Source of the DNA: Flavobacteriales bacterium
GTDB lineage: Bacteria > Bacteroidota > Bacteroidia > Flavobacteriales > BACL11
Direction of reading: 5' to 3'
Length of the DNA: 64,000 nucleotides
Assembly (NCBI GenBank): GCA_014381465.1
Contig: JACNLP010000042.1
Coordinates: forward strand, 40 to 64,039
In this document: in pieces, positions 47,828 through 57,404 of the stretch
How positions within the stretch are numbered: position 1 is the stretch's first letter
How the letters are laid out: every line of letters begins with the position of its first letter
The notes under the pieces: model-generated
What the model was told of the DNA's origin: nothing
Database searches by the model: none
Seen by the model: the letters and a program-made list of their open reading frames with translations, nothing else
Made by a program: the position numbers and the translations under genes

Positions 47828-50011
47828 TTCCTTCAGCTTGTTTATTTCAAGAGTGTTAGTTGGTAAAGATAACGAATTCTCAATTATTTCTTTCTCGTAA
47901 TCCATTAGTCGCCAGCTTAGCGATATTGTTTGATTCTTTTCTGCAGGAAGTGTAATGGTAATCACATCCAAAGGAGAATTCAGCCAATCTTTTGAATAAT
48001 TAATAAGCTTATCTCTCTCTAAATCTCTCATATTCCCCCAAGAACGATTAAAATCCAAAAAAGGGCTAATCAGAGAATGTAAGAAACTTTTTGATTCTTG
48101 CCGATTAATAACGGTAGTTCGCTCACCAGAACGAATTTGAAGCAAAATAATCCCACTAGTATTTTCCTTAATCCAATCCTTAAAGGTATGAATAAATTTA
48201 ATACTCAAATCTGTTCCTAAATTATCTTTTAGTCCTGCATCCATTACCTCAAGCATTGGATTGCTTGGTAAATACACAACTGGAGAAATGTAAGGAAAAG
48301 TAGCATTCATTCTAAGTGCAGATATAAATTTTAGATTCTCTGCATCTTGATTTTTAAAAAGTCGTGAAAATTCAATTCCATCATAATATTTACTATTAGT
48401 TTTGTGCGACATATATGCAATTGGCTGTGATGAAATATTTAGCATATGCCCATCATTTATAATTGTAGGCGAGATTATCATCATTGGAATTTTAGAGTTT
48501 TTTTCAGGAGTAGAGTAATCACTTATTTTTTTATTCAGCACAGAATCTGTATTTTGTTGTAAAATATATTCAAAAGCAAAACCTCTATCTTTAGTGTGAG
48601 TGTACTTTCCATCATTGAATTTTTGTAATCGCATTAGTACATCATTTACCGTAATGGTAAACGAAATCGGATTTAGCATATCTTTCGAGATATTCTGATA
48701 GTGAATTCTACTTATTGTATCGCCTAAAAGTAAAAGCTCCCTATAATAAGCTGCACCAATCATCCCTCCAGATGAGCCAGTGATTAATTGGGTTTTTTTG
48801 AAGAAATTACCGTTTGTTTCTTGATTTAAAAAATTTAAAGTATGAAAGGTAAGATAAGAAGCACGCATTCCCCCTCCACTACAATTTATAAAAATCATTT
48901 TTGGTTTTCCTTCCTTTTTAGTTGTATTCTTTTCTTTCCATTTTTCTAGAATTTCTAAAGTGTTTTGTATATCATTTTTTATATTTTTCTCAGAAGAAAT
49001 TTCTTGTAGTTTTTTAGTATTGTAAATTGCTTTTTCTGTGTTATAATTTAATCCGTAGGCATGATTTCTACTATTTAGTGGCTTAAAAGTAGTAAGAAAA
49101 TTGATAAAAAAAGTTAAAATCATAAACGCTACAATTGACCATCCTCTAAACCAAGAATGAATTGCACTAACAATCATAAGTATCATAGAAAATAAAAGCA
49201 TAATACTTGCAGCTGCAGGAATCATAAAAAAATCAGTATCTCTAAAAATTCCCAAAATAAGAATAATTGTAAAAATCCCTATTAAGTAAAATGCGGCATT
49301 GTGATGATGATGGTTTAAGACATCCATTATTGTTTCCAAACTGTAGTGAGATGATTTCCTGGCAAGTTTTATTTTGAAAGGATGATATAAATAACTTCTT
49401 ACTTCTGTTTGTCTTGGATGAATTCCTTTTTCTATTTTTTTATAAGAAATAGATGGGGAAAAAAGTTTTCTTAACGGATTTTTGATTTTGTCTTTCGGAA
49501 TTCCTAAAAACTTTTTAAAACTTTTATTGGTTCGATTAAAATAAAGTGCTGAGAAAACGATAAAAATACTATTTCCTAAAAGAAATGCTAAGAAATACAG
49601 AAATGTTGTGCCTATTGAAAAATGAGTATGATAATTGGCGCAAAATAGAAACAGTTTTATGCCAAAAACACTTAAAAAGATAACAGGAATAGTGCTGTTA
49701 TTTACACAAAACTTAAAAAAAGCAGAGGATAGAGTTGCGATAAAGCGAAATCGATAACCCATAATTATATAGCTAGCAATATGAAATGCCATAATAAAAA
49801 CTCCAACAGAAAGTCCCAATATAAAAAAGGATAAAAAACTAACTTTACCCATGTATTCAGGTGCTAAGAATAAATAAGGAATGCCATATTTCACGCCTAA
49901 ATACTCAGTTGTAAAGCCAAAAAGAACCGTCCAAAATATAATAAAAAGATAATTTCTTTTGATGTGATACAAAAGAAGTTGAGCTGGAAAAAAATAAAAT
50001 AACCTTTTCAT
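47816..50011 (-). CDS. patatin-like phospholipase with large polytopic N-terminal membrane domain
   Basis: About 330 aa of TM helices, then oxyanion GGGMRAS, lipase serine GSSGGMIGA and Asp motif MDAGLKDN. Confidence 0.75.
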   Translation of the reverse strand: MKRLFYFFPAQLLLYHIKRNYLFIIFWTVLFGFTTEYLGVKYGIPYLFLAPEYMGKVSFLSFFILGLSVGVFIMAFHIASYIIMGYRFRFIATLSSAFFKFCVNNSTIPVIFLSVFGIKLFLFCANYHTHFSIGTTFLYFLAFLLGNSIFIVFSALYFNRTNKSFKKFLGIPKDKIKNPLRKLFSPSISYKKIEKGIHPRQTEVRSYLYHPFKIKLARKSSHYSLETIMDVLNHHHHNAAFYLIGIFTIILILGIFRDTDFFMIPAAASIMLLFSMILMIVSAIHSWFRGWSIVAFMILTFFINFLTTFKPLNSRNHAYGLNYNTEKAIYNTKKLQEISSEKNIKNDIQNTLEILEKWKEKNTTKKEGKPKMIFINCSGGGMRASYLTFHTLNFLNQETNGNFFKKTQLITGSSGGMIGAAYYRELLLLGDTISRIHYQNISKDMLNPISFTITVNDVLMRLQKFNDGKYTHTKDRGFAFEYILQQNTDSVLNKKISDYSTPEKNSKIPMMIISPTIINDGHMLNISSQPIAYMSHKTNSKYYDGIEFSRLFKNQDAENLKFISALRMNATFPYISPVVYLPSNPMLEVMDAGLKDNLGTDLSIKFIHTFKDWIKENTSGIILLQIRSGERTTVINRQESKSFLHSLISPFLDFNRSWGNMRDLERDKLINYSKDWLNSPLDVITITLPAEKNQTISLSWRLMDYEKEIIENSLSLPTNTLEINKLKELVR

Positions 50012-50136
50012 AAATCTCTACCTTAGAGTGTCCTCAAATTTATACGAAAAAAACATAAAAAAGCTACTTATCTGATAAAGATTTTTATCTAAGAGTAAAT
50101 ATTACGATATTTGCAAACTTAATTAATACAAGAAGA

Positions 50137-51462
50137 ATGAGAATAACAATAGTGGGCACAGGATATGTTGGCTTAGTTACAGGAGCTTGTTTTGCCGAAA
50201 TGGGTAATAAAGTAATTTGTGTAGATAAGGATTTAAGTAAGATTGAGGGGTTAAAAAATGGTGAGATTCCTATCTATGAACCTGGATTAAAACCAATGGT
50301 TATAGAGAGTTATAAAAAAGGTGCACTCTCTTTTACTAACTCACTTTTTGATGCTTTATCAGAATCTGAAATTGTATTTATAGCAGTAGGCACTCCACAA
50401 GATGAAGATGGAAGTGCGGATTTATCACATGTAATAAATGTAGCAAACGAGATTGGAGAGAAAATGAAACAATCTATTATTGTGGTTGATAAATCTACTG
50501 TGCCAGTTGGTACTGCAGATAAAGTAAGAGCAACTATTCAGAATGCTTTAGATTCTAGAGGTGAAAAAATAGATTTTGATGTAGTTTCCAATCCTGAGTT
50601 TTTGAAAGAAGGTACTGCAATAAAGGATTTTATGCAGCCAGATAGGGTAGTAATTGGCTCTGAAAACCAGAATAGTATAAATGTTCTTAAAGAACTTTAT
50701 AGACCTTTTACAATCAATAGGGAGAGATTTATAAATATGGATATAAAAAGTGCCGAAATGACCAAATATGCAGCTAATGCTTTTTTGGCAACAAAAATCA
50801 GTTTTATGAATGAAATGTCTAATATTTGCGAAAGAGTAGGTGCAGATGTAAATATGGTAAGAATGGGGATAGGGTCTGATAACAGAATTGGGTATAAATT
50901 TATTTATCCTGGATGTGGTTATGGAGGAAGCTGCTTTCCAAAAGATGTAAAAGCATTAGAGAAAACGGCAGAAGATTTTGGTTATACTGCTAATATTTTG
51001 AAAGCAGTAGAAAAAGTAAATGCTAATCAGAAAAGAGTATTACTAAAAAAAATAAAGAATAAGTTTGGAGAAAATTTGACTGGAAAATGTTTTGCTATTT
51101 GGGGCTTAAGTTTTAAACCAGGAACGGATGATATGAGAGAAGCTGCTTCAATTGTAATAATTAATGGGCTTATTGAGAAAGGGGCAACTATAAAAGCCTA
51201 TGATCCAAAAGCCATGAAAGAGGCAAAAGAATATTATTTTAAAAATCAAAGCAATATATCGTATTGTGAAGATAAATATGATGCTTTAGCCCAGGCAGAT
51301 GCCCTTGTACTTATTACAGAATGGAAAGAGTTTAGAAGTCCTGATTTTAGTAGAATAAGCTCTCTTTTAAATCAATGTATTATCTTTGACGGAAGAAATC
51401 AGTACGATAAACAAATGTTAAAAAAATATGGATATGAATATTATCAGATTGGAGTTAAGTAA
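50137..51462 (+). CDS. ugd: UDP-glucose 6-dehydrogenase
   Basis: NAD fold GTGYVGLVTGACFA, catalytic GGSCFPKD, GLSFKPGTDD. Confidence 0.95.
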   Translation: MRITIVGTGYVGLVTGACFAEMGNKVICVDKDLSKIEGLKNGEIPIYEPGLKPMVIESYKKGALSFTNSLFDALSESEIVFIAVGTPQDEDGSADLSHVINVANEIGEKMKQSIIVVDKSTVPVGTADKVRATIQNALDSRGEKIDFDVVSNPEFLKEGTAIKDFMQPDRVVIGSENQNSINVLKELYRPFTINRERFINMDIKSAEMTKYAANAFLATKISFMNEMSNICERVGADVNMVRMGIGSDNRIGYKFIYPGCGYGGSCFPKDVKALEKTAEDFGYTANILKAVEKVNANQKRVLLKKIKNKFGENLTGKCFAIWGLSFKPGTDDMREAASIVIINGLIEKGATIKAYDPKAMKEAKEYYFKNQSNISYCEDKYDALAQADALVLITEWKEFRSPDFSRISSLLNQCIIFDGRNQYDKQMLKKYGYEYYQIGVK

Positions 51463-52210
51463 AATTATAAAATATATAGGTGCTTTTTACCTTGTTTGTA
51501 TTTTTTCTTCTTGTATTACTAACAAGGAATTAGAGTATTTTCGTACCCAAAGAGATGATGAATTGGTGGATTATAAGCAATACGATTATCGTTTGCAAAT
51601 TAATGATTTACTATCTATTCAAATTAGTAGTGTGTCGGAAGATAAGTATGATTTTTTTAATAAAGAACAAACTGCAAATTCTCAGTTAATGGTTTACAAT
51701 CCATACCTTTACGGTTACTTAATAGAAAAAGATAGTACGCTAGAACTCCCTATGATAGGAGAAGTTAATGCGGTAGGAAAAACTTTGCAGGAGCTTGAAG
51801 ATCTTATTCAAAATAGTGCAATTGTCTATTTTAAAGCTCCTGTTGTAAAAGTAAATATTCTAAATTTTGAATTAGATATTTTAGGAGAGGTGAAAAGTCC
51901 TAATAGATATAGAATTATTAATCCAAAGATAAATATTTTAGATGCCATTGCTACTGCTGGAGATATTACAGAAATTGGCAATAGAAAAAAAGTAAAAGTT
52001 ATTCGACTAACGGATAAGGATCCAAGAGTCTTTTATTTAGATTTAAGAGATAAGAATCTAGCATCAAATTCTGATTTCTTTCTCCAACCAAACGATATTG
52101 TGTATGTTCCACCCACTAACAAACGATTTTATGCTTTCAAGAACCTACCCTCTGTAATGTCGTTAGGGATTTCAGCATTTACTTTATATTTATTAATAAA
52201 TAAGGATTAA
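51428..52210 (+). CDS. wza: polysaccharide export outer-membrane lipoprotein (Wza family)
   Basis: Lipobox FSSC; Poly_export-like YRLQINDLLSIQI; SLBB-like LGEVKSPNRY...ILDAIATAGD. Confidence 0.8.
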   Translation: MDMNIIRLELSKIIKYIGAFYLVCIFSSCITNKELEYFRTQRDDELVDYKQYDYRLQINDLLSIQISSVSEDKYDFFNKEQTANSQLMVYNPYLYGYLIEKDSTLELPMIGEVNAVGKTLQELEDLIQNSAIVYFKAPVVKVNILNFELDILGEVKSPNRYRIINPKINILDAIATAGDITEIGNRKKVKVIRLTDKDPRVFYLDLRDKNLASNSDFFLQPNDIVYVPPTNKRFYAFKNLPSVMSLGISAFTLYLLINKD

Positions 52211-52216
52211 TTTTAT

Positions 52217-54583
52217 ATGTCAAAAAGAAAACAAGTAGATGAGATAATTGATGTTCGGTTTTTTGTATTTAAACTAATAAATAATTGGTTTTATTTTTTG
52301 ATTAGTATATTATTTGCTATTGCTATCGCTTTTGGTGTAAATAGGTACTCTAAAGAAATATTTTTAGCAGAAACTACCCTGCTGATACAAGAAAAAACAA
52401 GCATGGCATCTACGGCTGCCGAGATGCTTTATGATAGTGGTTTACAGCAAAGCAAAATGGGATTGAAAAATGAGGAGATTATCTTAAAATCCTCTCCATT
52501 AATTTATGAAACAGTAAAAAATCTTGGTTTTGATGTGTCGTATTTTTTAATTGGAAAGATTAAAACTTCCGAAACCTTTGAGGATTTGCCTTTTAAGGTT
52601 GTAAACAAGAATCAATCTTCAATTTTACATGGAGAAAAGTTTACAGTAAGCGTGATAGATAAAAACTCATTTAAAATTTATGATGGAAAAAATGTAAAGG
52701 AAGGAACTTATTTATTTGGAGAGGACATTTCAATAAAAAAACATACAATAAAGATTATTTCACAAGTTGAAAATATAAAAGAAGGTTTACCAAACTATGT
52801 TGTTAGATTTTTAGGATTGAAAAGTGTAGTTTCTCAATATCAAAACAAGTTGATTATCAGCCAGCCAGAAAGAGAATCCACTATTCTTACATTATCAGTT
52901 TTTGATGCCAATCAGTATAAAGGGATTGCTTTTTTAAATAAACTTACTGAAAACTATATCAAAAAAGAAATAGATGAGAAGAACACTGTTTCAAGAAATA
53001 CTATTGATTTTATTAATAATAAACTTACCGATATGAAGGATTCTTTATCGTTAATAGAATTATCCATCCAAGAATATAAAAATAAACATGAAATAACAGA
53101 TATTAGCTTAAAAGCACAAAGTTTTTATGATAAACTTGCAGAACTGGGAAATGAGCAAACAAAATATAAGTTAAAAGAACAATACTATAAATATTTAATT
53201 AGAACTATTAACGAAAAGCAAAACCTTGAGAAAATAATAAGTCCATCTATTTATGGAATTACTGATGCTTCATTAAATGAGCTTATCAATCAGTTAGTGT
53301 CTTTCCAAATTCAAAAAGAGGTGATAAAAGAAGAAGGTCAAGTAAAAAACCCTGCCGTTTCCAGGTTTACAAGCAATATCAATCAACTTATTCTAAAAAT
53401 TAAAGAGTCAGTTGATAATAATTTAGAAGCAAATAAATATTTGATAGAAGATGTAAATAAAAGAATTGCACTTATAGAAGCTTCTTTAAGTAATCTGCCT
53501 CAGGAAGAAAGAGAATTAATGAGTATCCAACGCCTACATGATATTAGCGAGAAAATGTATATGTTTTTATTGCAAAAAAGAGCAGAAGCAGGAATTTCAG
53601 AATCTTCCAATATTGCAGATAGTAGAGTAATTGAACCTGCAACTTTCAGAAATAGACCTCCTGTTTCTCCTAAAAAATCAAGAAACTACTTAATTGCTCT
53701 AATATCTGGTTTTCTACTTCCTTTAGTTATAATGTTTTTGATTGATTTATTTAATGATACAGTTGTATCTCGATTAGATTTAGAGAGAGTAACTGCTATT
53801 CCATTACTTGGAATAATTGGTAGGAATTATAGTGAAAACTCACTCATAAATAAACAAAACCCTAAATCAACTGTTACTGAGGGGTTTAGAGCTTTGCGTT
53901 CAAATATAGGTTTTTTAGATATAAAAAATGAGAAAAAAGTGTATTTAATAACTTCTTCTGTTGGTGGTGAAGGAAAAACATTTATAGCCTCTAATCTAGC
54001 TATTATTTTTGCTAATTCTGGCAAGAAAACTTTATTATTAGGTGCTGATTTAAGAAAACCTAAGATTTTTACAGATTTTTATAGTCCTAATGAAATAGGG
54101 GTAGTAAACTATCTAAAGGATGAAAAGCAAATTTCGGATATAATTATTAATACCGATATTGATAATTTAGATATAATAACTTCAGGTCCTATCCCTTCAA
54201 ATCCTGCAGAATTGTTAGTGAAAGAATCATTTGAGATATTGTTAAATGAGTTGAAAAAAATATATGATATAATAATTCTGGATTCTCCACCACTTGGATT
54301 GGTTGCTGATGCACTACTTCTTTCAAATCATGCTGATTTAACTTTATTTGTTGTACGGCAAAACTTTACAAAAAAAGGATTACTACCTTACATTGATGAG
54401 CTAAGTAGAAAAGATAGAGTGAAAAATGTGCAATTAGTATTTAATGATGTAAAAGCAGGAAGTGGAGTATATGGGTATAGTAATTATTCTTACGGTTATG
54501 GATACGGCTATGGCTATGGCTATGGATATGGTTATGGAGGAAATACTTCTGAAGATTATTTAGAGCAAGAATCATCTTCTTAA
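52217..54583 (+). CDS. wzc: polysaccharide co-polymerase / BY-type tyrosine autokinase (Wzc family)
   Basis: Wzz-type N-domain with two TM helices. Walker A SSVGGEGKTFIASNLA, A' ILDSPP, B DLTLFVV. Tyr-cluster tail. Confidence 0.9.
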   Translation: MSKRKQVDEIIDVRFFVFKLINNWFYFLISILFAIAIAFGVNRYSKEIFLAETTLLIQEKTSMASTAAEMLYDSGLQQSKMGLKNEEIILKSSPLIYETVKNLGFDVSYFLIGKIKTSETFEDLPFKVVNKNQSSILHGEKFTVSVIDKNSFKIYDGKNVKEGTYLFGEDISIKKHTIKIISQVENIKEGLPNYVVRFLGLKSVVSQYQNKLIISQPERESTILTLSVFDANQYKGIAFLNKLTENYIKKEIDEKNTVSRNTIDFINNKLTDMKDSLSLIELSIQEYKNKHEITDISLKAQSFYDKLAELGNEQTKYKLKEQYYKYLIRTINEKQNLEKIISPSIYGITDASLNELINQLVSFQIQKEVIKEEGQVKNPAVSRFTSNINQLILKIKESVDNNLEANKYLIEDVNKRIALIEASLSNLPQEERELMSIQRLHDISEKMYMFLLQKRAEAGISESSNIADSRVIEPATFRNRPPVSPKKSRNYLIALISGFLLPLVIMFLIDLFNDTVVSRLDLERVTAIPLLGIIGRNYSENSLINKQNPKSTVTEGFRALRSNIGFLDIKNEKKVYLITSSVGGEGKTFIASNLAIIFANSGKKTLLLGADLRKPKIFTDFYSPNEIGVVNYLKDEKQISDIIINTDIDNLDIITSGPIPSNPAELLVKESFEILLNELKKIYDIIILDSPPLGLVADALLLSNHADLTLFVVRQNFTKKGLLPYIDELSRKDRVKNVQLVFNDVKAGSGVYGYSNYSYGYGYGYGYGYGYGYGGNTSEDYLEQESSS
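54470..54535 (+). repeat. codon-level (TAY GGN) repeat encoding the Wzc tail YGYSNYSYGYGYGYGYGYGYGY
   Basis: tatgggtat...tacggttatggatacggctatggctatggctatggatatggttat read directly. Confidence 0.9.
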
Positions 54584-54628
54584 TCAATAAGCATTTAAAA
54601 CAAAAAATAAACCCCAAAAACAAAAATA

Positions 54629-55504
54629 ATGATAACAAATTACCAAAACCCAAATGTTGCTGCTGAAATATGTGGAAATCATATGGGAAGTTTAGAAATT
54701 GCAAAGCAAATGATTAAAGTTGCTGCTGAGGGAGGAATTACTGTAGCAAAGTTTCAAAAAAGAAACAATAAAGAGTTTCTGACAGAAGAACAATACAATG
54801 CTCCTCACCCAAATAAAATGCATTCATTTGGTGAGCCCTATGGAGAACATAGAGAATTTATAGAGTTCAGTATTCAAGAACATGGCGAATTAAAGGAATA
54901 TGCTGAGAGCTTAGGGATTATGTATTCCTCATCAACTTTTGATGTTACTTCTGCAAAAGAAATAATAACATTAAATCCTGAATACATTAAGGTGCCTTCA
55001 GCTTGTAATAATCATTTTGCAATGCTAAGAATATTAAGAGATGAGTATAGTGGAGGCGTGCATATATCATTTGGAATGACCACAAAACAGCAAGAAGAGG
55101 AAATTGTACAGTTTTTTGAAAAAACAAATCAAGCCAAAAGATTAGTGATTTATGCCTGTACATCTGGCTACCCTGTTCCTTTTAAGGATGTTTGTCTTTT
55201 AGAGATTGTTAGGTTAAGAGAAACTTTTAGTAATAGAGTAGATAAGATTGGTTTTTCAGGTCATCATCATGGTATTGCAGTAGATGTTGCAGCATATACT
55301 TTAGGGGCAGAATGGTTCGAAAGACATTTTACATTAGATAGAACTTGGAAGGGAACTGATCAAGTTTTTTCTTTAGAACCAACTGGAATGAGAAAGTTAG
55401 CTAGAGACTTAAGAGCTACTCAAACGGCATTAACCTTCAAAAAAGAGGATATTTTGGATATTGAGAAACCAAAAGGAGGTTATGAAAAATACAAATCAGA
55501 ATGA
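54629..55504 (+). CDS. NeuB-family nonulosonate(-9-phosphate) synthase, short form without C-terminal SAF domain
   Basis: VAAEICGNHMGSLEIAKQMIKVAAEGGITVAKFQKR, IKVPSACNN, GFSGHH, FSLEP. Only 291 aa. Confidence 0.7.
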   Translation: MITNYQNPNVAAEICGNHMGSLEIAKQMIKVAAEGGITVAKFQKRNNKEFLTEEQYNAPHPNKMHSFGEPYGEHREFIEFSIQEHGELKEYAESLGIMYSSSTFDVTSAKEIITLNPEYIKVPSACNNHFAMLRILRDEYSGGVHISFGMTTKQQEEEIVQFFEKTNQAKRLVIYACTSGYPVPFKDVCLLEIVRLRETFSNRVDKIGFSGHHHGIAVDVAAYTLGAEWFERHFTLDRTWKGTDQVFSLEPTGMRKLARDLRATQTALTFKKEDILDIEKPKGGYEKYKSE

Positions 55505-56649
55505 GTGTAATAGCGTTTATTCCTCTAAGAGGGGGTAGTAAATCTATCCCTGGAAAAAATATAAAGGTATTTTGTGGTAAACCATTAATCTATTGGAACT
55601 TAATAGCCCTTGAGAACACAAGTATGGTAGATCAAGTAGTGGTAGCAACTGATTGTGTTAACATTCGTAAAACGGTAGAATCTTTTAGGTTTTCTAAAGT
55701 AAAAGTATACATTAGGAGTGATGAAAATGCACAAGATTACTCCACTTCCGAATCTATAATGTTAGAGTACATTCATCATGCAGCCTTATCTCCCTCAGAT
55801 ATTTTTATGCTTGTACAAGCTACCTCTCCATTTACAAAGGCGAAAGATTTTAATAATGGACTAAAATTAATGAGTAAGCATGATACGGTTTTTTCTTGTG
55901 CTAAAATAAAACGCTTTATTTGGGAGAAAAACGGAACGCCTCTAAATTATAATCATAATGCACGCCCAAGAAGACAAGATTTTGAGGGTACTTTTATGGA
56001 AAATGGGGCTTTTTGTATTAGCTCTGTTGCCGATATTATTAAGCATAATAACAGGATCTCAGGAAATATTGGTATTTGCGAAATGCCAGAATATACTTTT
56101 GTTGAAATTGATGAAGTAGAAGATTGGATTATGGCAGAGCAATTGTTTTTAAAAAATAATATCAAAGAAAATGCAAATGATTTTAGTAAAATAAAAATTT
56201 TCTTGTCTGATGTAGATGGAGTTTTAACTGATGCAGGAATGTACTATTCTGAAAATGGAGATGAATTAAAAAAGTTTTGTACTTATGATGGAATGGGGTT
56301 TAATCTTTTGCAGAAATCAGATGTAAAAGTTGGCATTCTTACCACTGAAGATAGAGAATTGAACAGAAAACGAGCAAATAAGCTAAATTTAGATTTTGAT
56401 TTTCATGGAGCAAAAGATAAACTTCAAATTGTAAAGGACTTGTGCAAAAAGGAAAATGTAACTATAAATGAAGTTGCTTATGTTGGAGATGATGTGAATT
56501 GTTTTAGTTTGCTTTCAAATGTTGGGATTGCTGCTTGCCCAAATAATGCAGTAAGTAAAATAAAAGCTATTCCCAATATAATTCAATTACAAAAAGCAGG
56601 AGGTGAGGGAGCTGTACGGGAATTTGCTGAAATGATTTTAAAAATATGA
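55501..56649 (+). CDS. fusion of CMP-nonulosonate synthetase (NeuA-type cytidylyltransferase) and KdsC-type HAD phosphatase
   Basis: N-half AFIPLRGGSKSIPGKNIK. C-half LSDVDGVLTD (HAD motif I), KDK, YVGDDVNCF. Confidence 0.8.
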   Translation: MSVIAFIPLRGGSKSIPGKNIKVFCGKPLIYWNLIALENTSMVDQVVVATDCVNIRKTVESFRFSKVKVYIRSDENAQDYSTSESIMLEYIHHAALSPSDIFMLVQATSPFTKAKDFNNGLKLMSKHDTVFSCAKIKRFIWEKNGTPLNYNHNARPRRQDFEGTFMENGAFCISSVADIIKHNNRISGNIGICEMPEYTFVEIDEVEDWIMAEQLFLKNNIKENANDFSKIKIFLSDVDGVLTDAGMYYSENGDELKKFCTYDGMGFNLLQKSDVKVGILTTEDRELNRKRANKLNLDFDFHGAKDKLQIVKDLCKKENVTINEVAYVGDDVNCFSLLSNVGIAACPNNAVSKIKAIPNIIQLQKAGGEGAVREFAEMILKI

Positions 56650-57404
56650 AATGGTGGAGAAATATTAAGGATGTAATTCTTTCTTTTTATTATCCCTCAG
56701 GGCAATTTTTTTTAGTTTCTTATCCAAACTCAGGGCGTACTTGGCTTATGCACATGGTAAAAAAAATCCTAAAAGAAGTTGGTAAAGAAGATTTATATAT
56801 TGAAGATACGCATGATTGTAGCGAGATTATTATAGAAGATGGAACTCGGCAAGACCCACACTTAATTTTTAAATTTACAGATCGATTTCGCTATTCAAGG
56901 GCAAGAGTTATTTTTTTAGCTAGAGACCCTAGAGACATTGTGGTATCCAACTTTCATCAAGTTACAAAACGAGCAAAAAACCCTTTTAAATTTGCTTCCA
57001 AATCAGAATTTATTCAGCATAATGTTTATGGTTTTAACCGCATTATTCATTTCTTTAATTTATGGTTTGCTAATAAAAACAAACCAAAAAAGTTCTTACT
57101 TATTAAATATGAAAATTTACTAGATGGAACTAGAGACCTTAAACAAATGATAGAATTTCTGGATATTGAAATCTCAGATGAAATTATTGAAAGAATTTAT
57201 AATGAAAGTTCTGCAGAGAAAATGAGGAAAAAAGAACTGAAAAACCAATTAGAAGGATTTAGTAATTTTGGAAAAGATGCAAATCAATTAAAGGTTAGAA
57301 AGGCAAAAAAAGGTTCATATCTTACTGAGCTTTTAGCTGAAGATATTGCGTTTTGTAACAATCAGATGAAAAAATTAGAAAGGTATTTTGGCTATCAAAT
57401 ATGA
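56646..57404 (+). CDS. PAPS-dependent sulfotransferase (Sulfotransfer_1-like)
   Basis: 5'-PSB loop SYPNSGRTWL and 3'-PB motif LARDPRDIVVSNF. Confidence 0.75.
   Translation: MKWWRNIKDVILSFYYPSGQFFLVSYPNSGRTWLMHMVKKILKEVGKEDLYIEDTHDCSEIIIEDGTRQDPHLIFKFTDRFRYSRARVIFLARDPRDIVVSNFHQVTKRAKNPFKFASKSEFIQHNVYGFNRIIHFFNLWFANKNKPKKFLLIKYENLLDGTRDLKQMIEFLDIEISDEIIERIYNESSAEKMRKKELKNQLEGFSNFGKDANQLKVRKAKKGSYLTELLAEDIAFCNNQMKKLERYFGYQI

Noticed and set aside
54441-54704. 87-aa minus ORF containing HSHSHSRIH
   Set aside because: It is the antisense reading of the Wzc (Tyr-Gly)n codon repeat and spans an intergenic gap, so it is an artefact.
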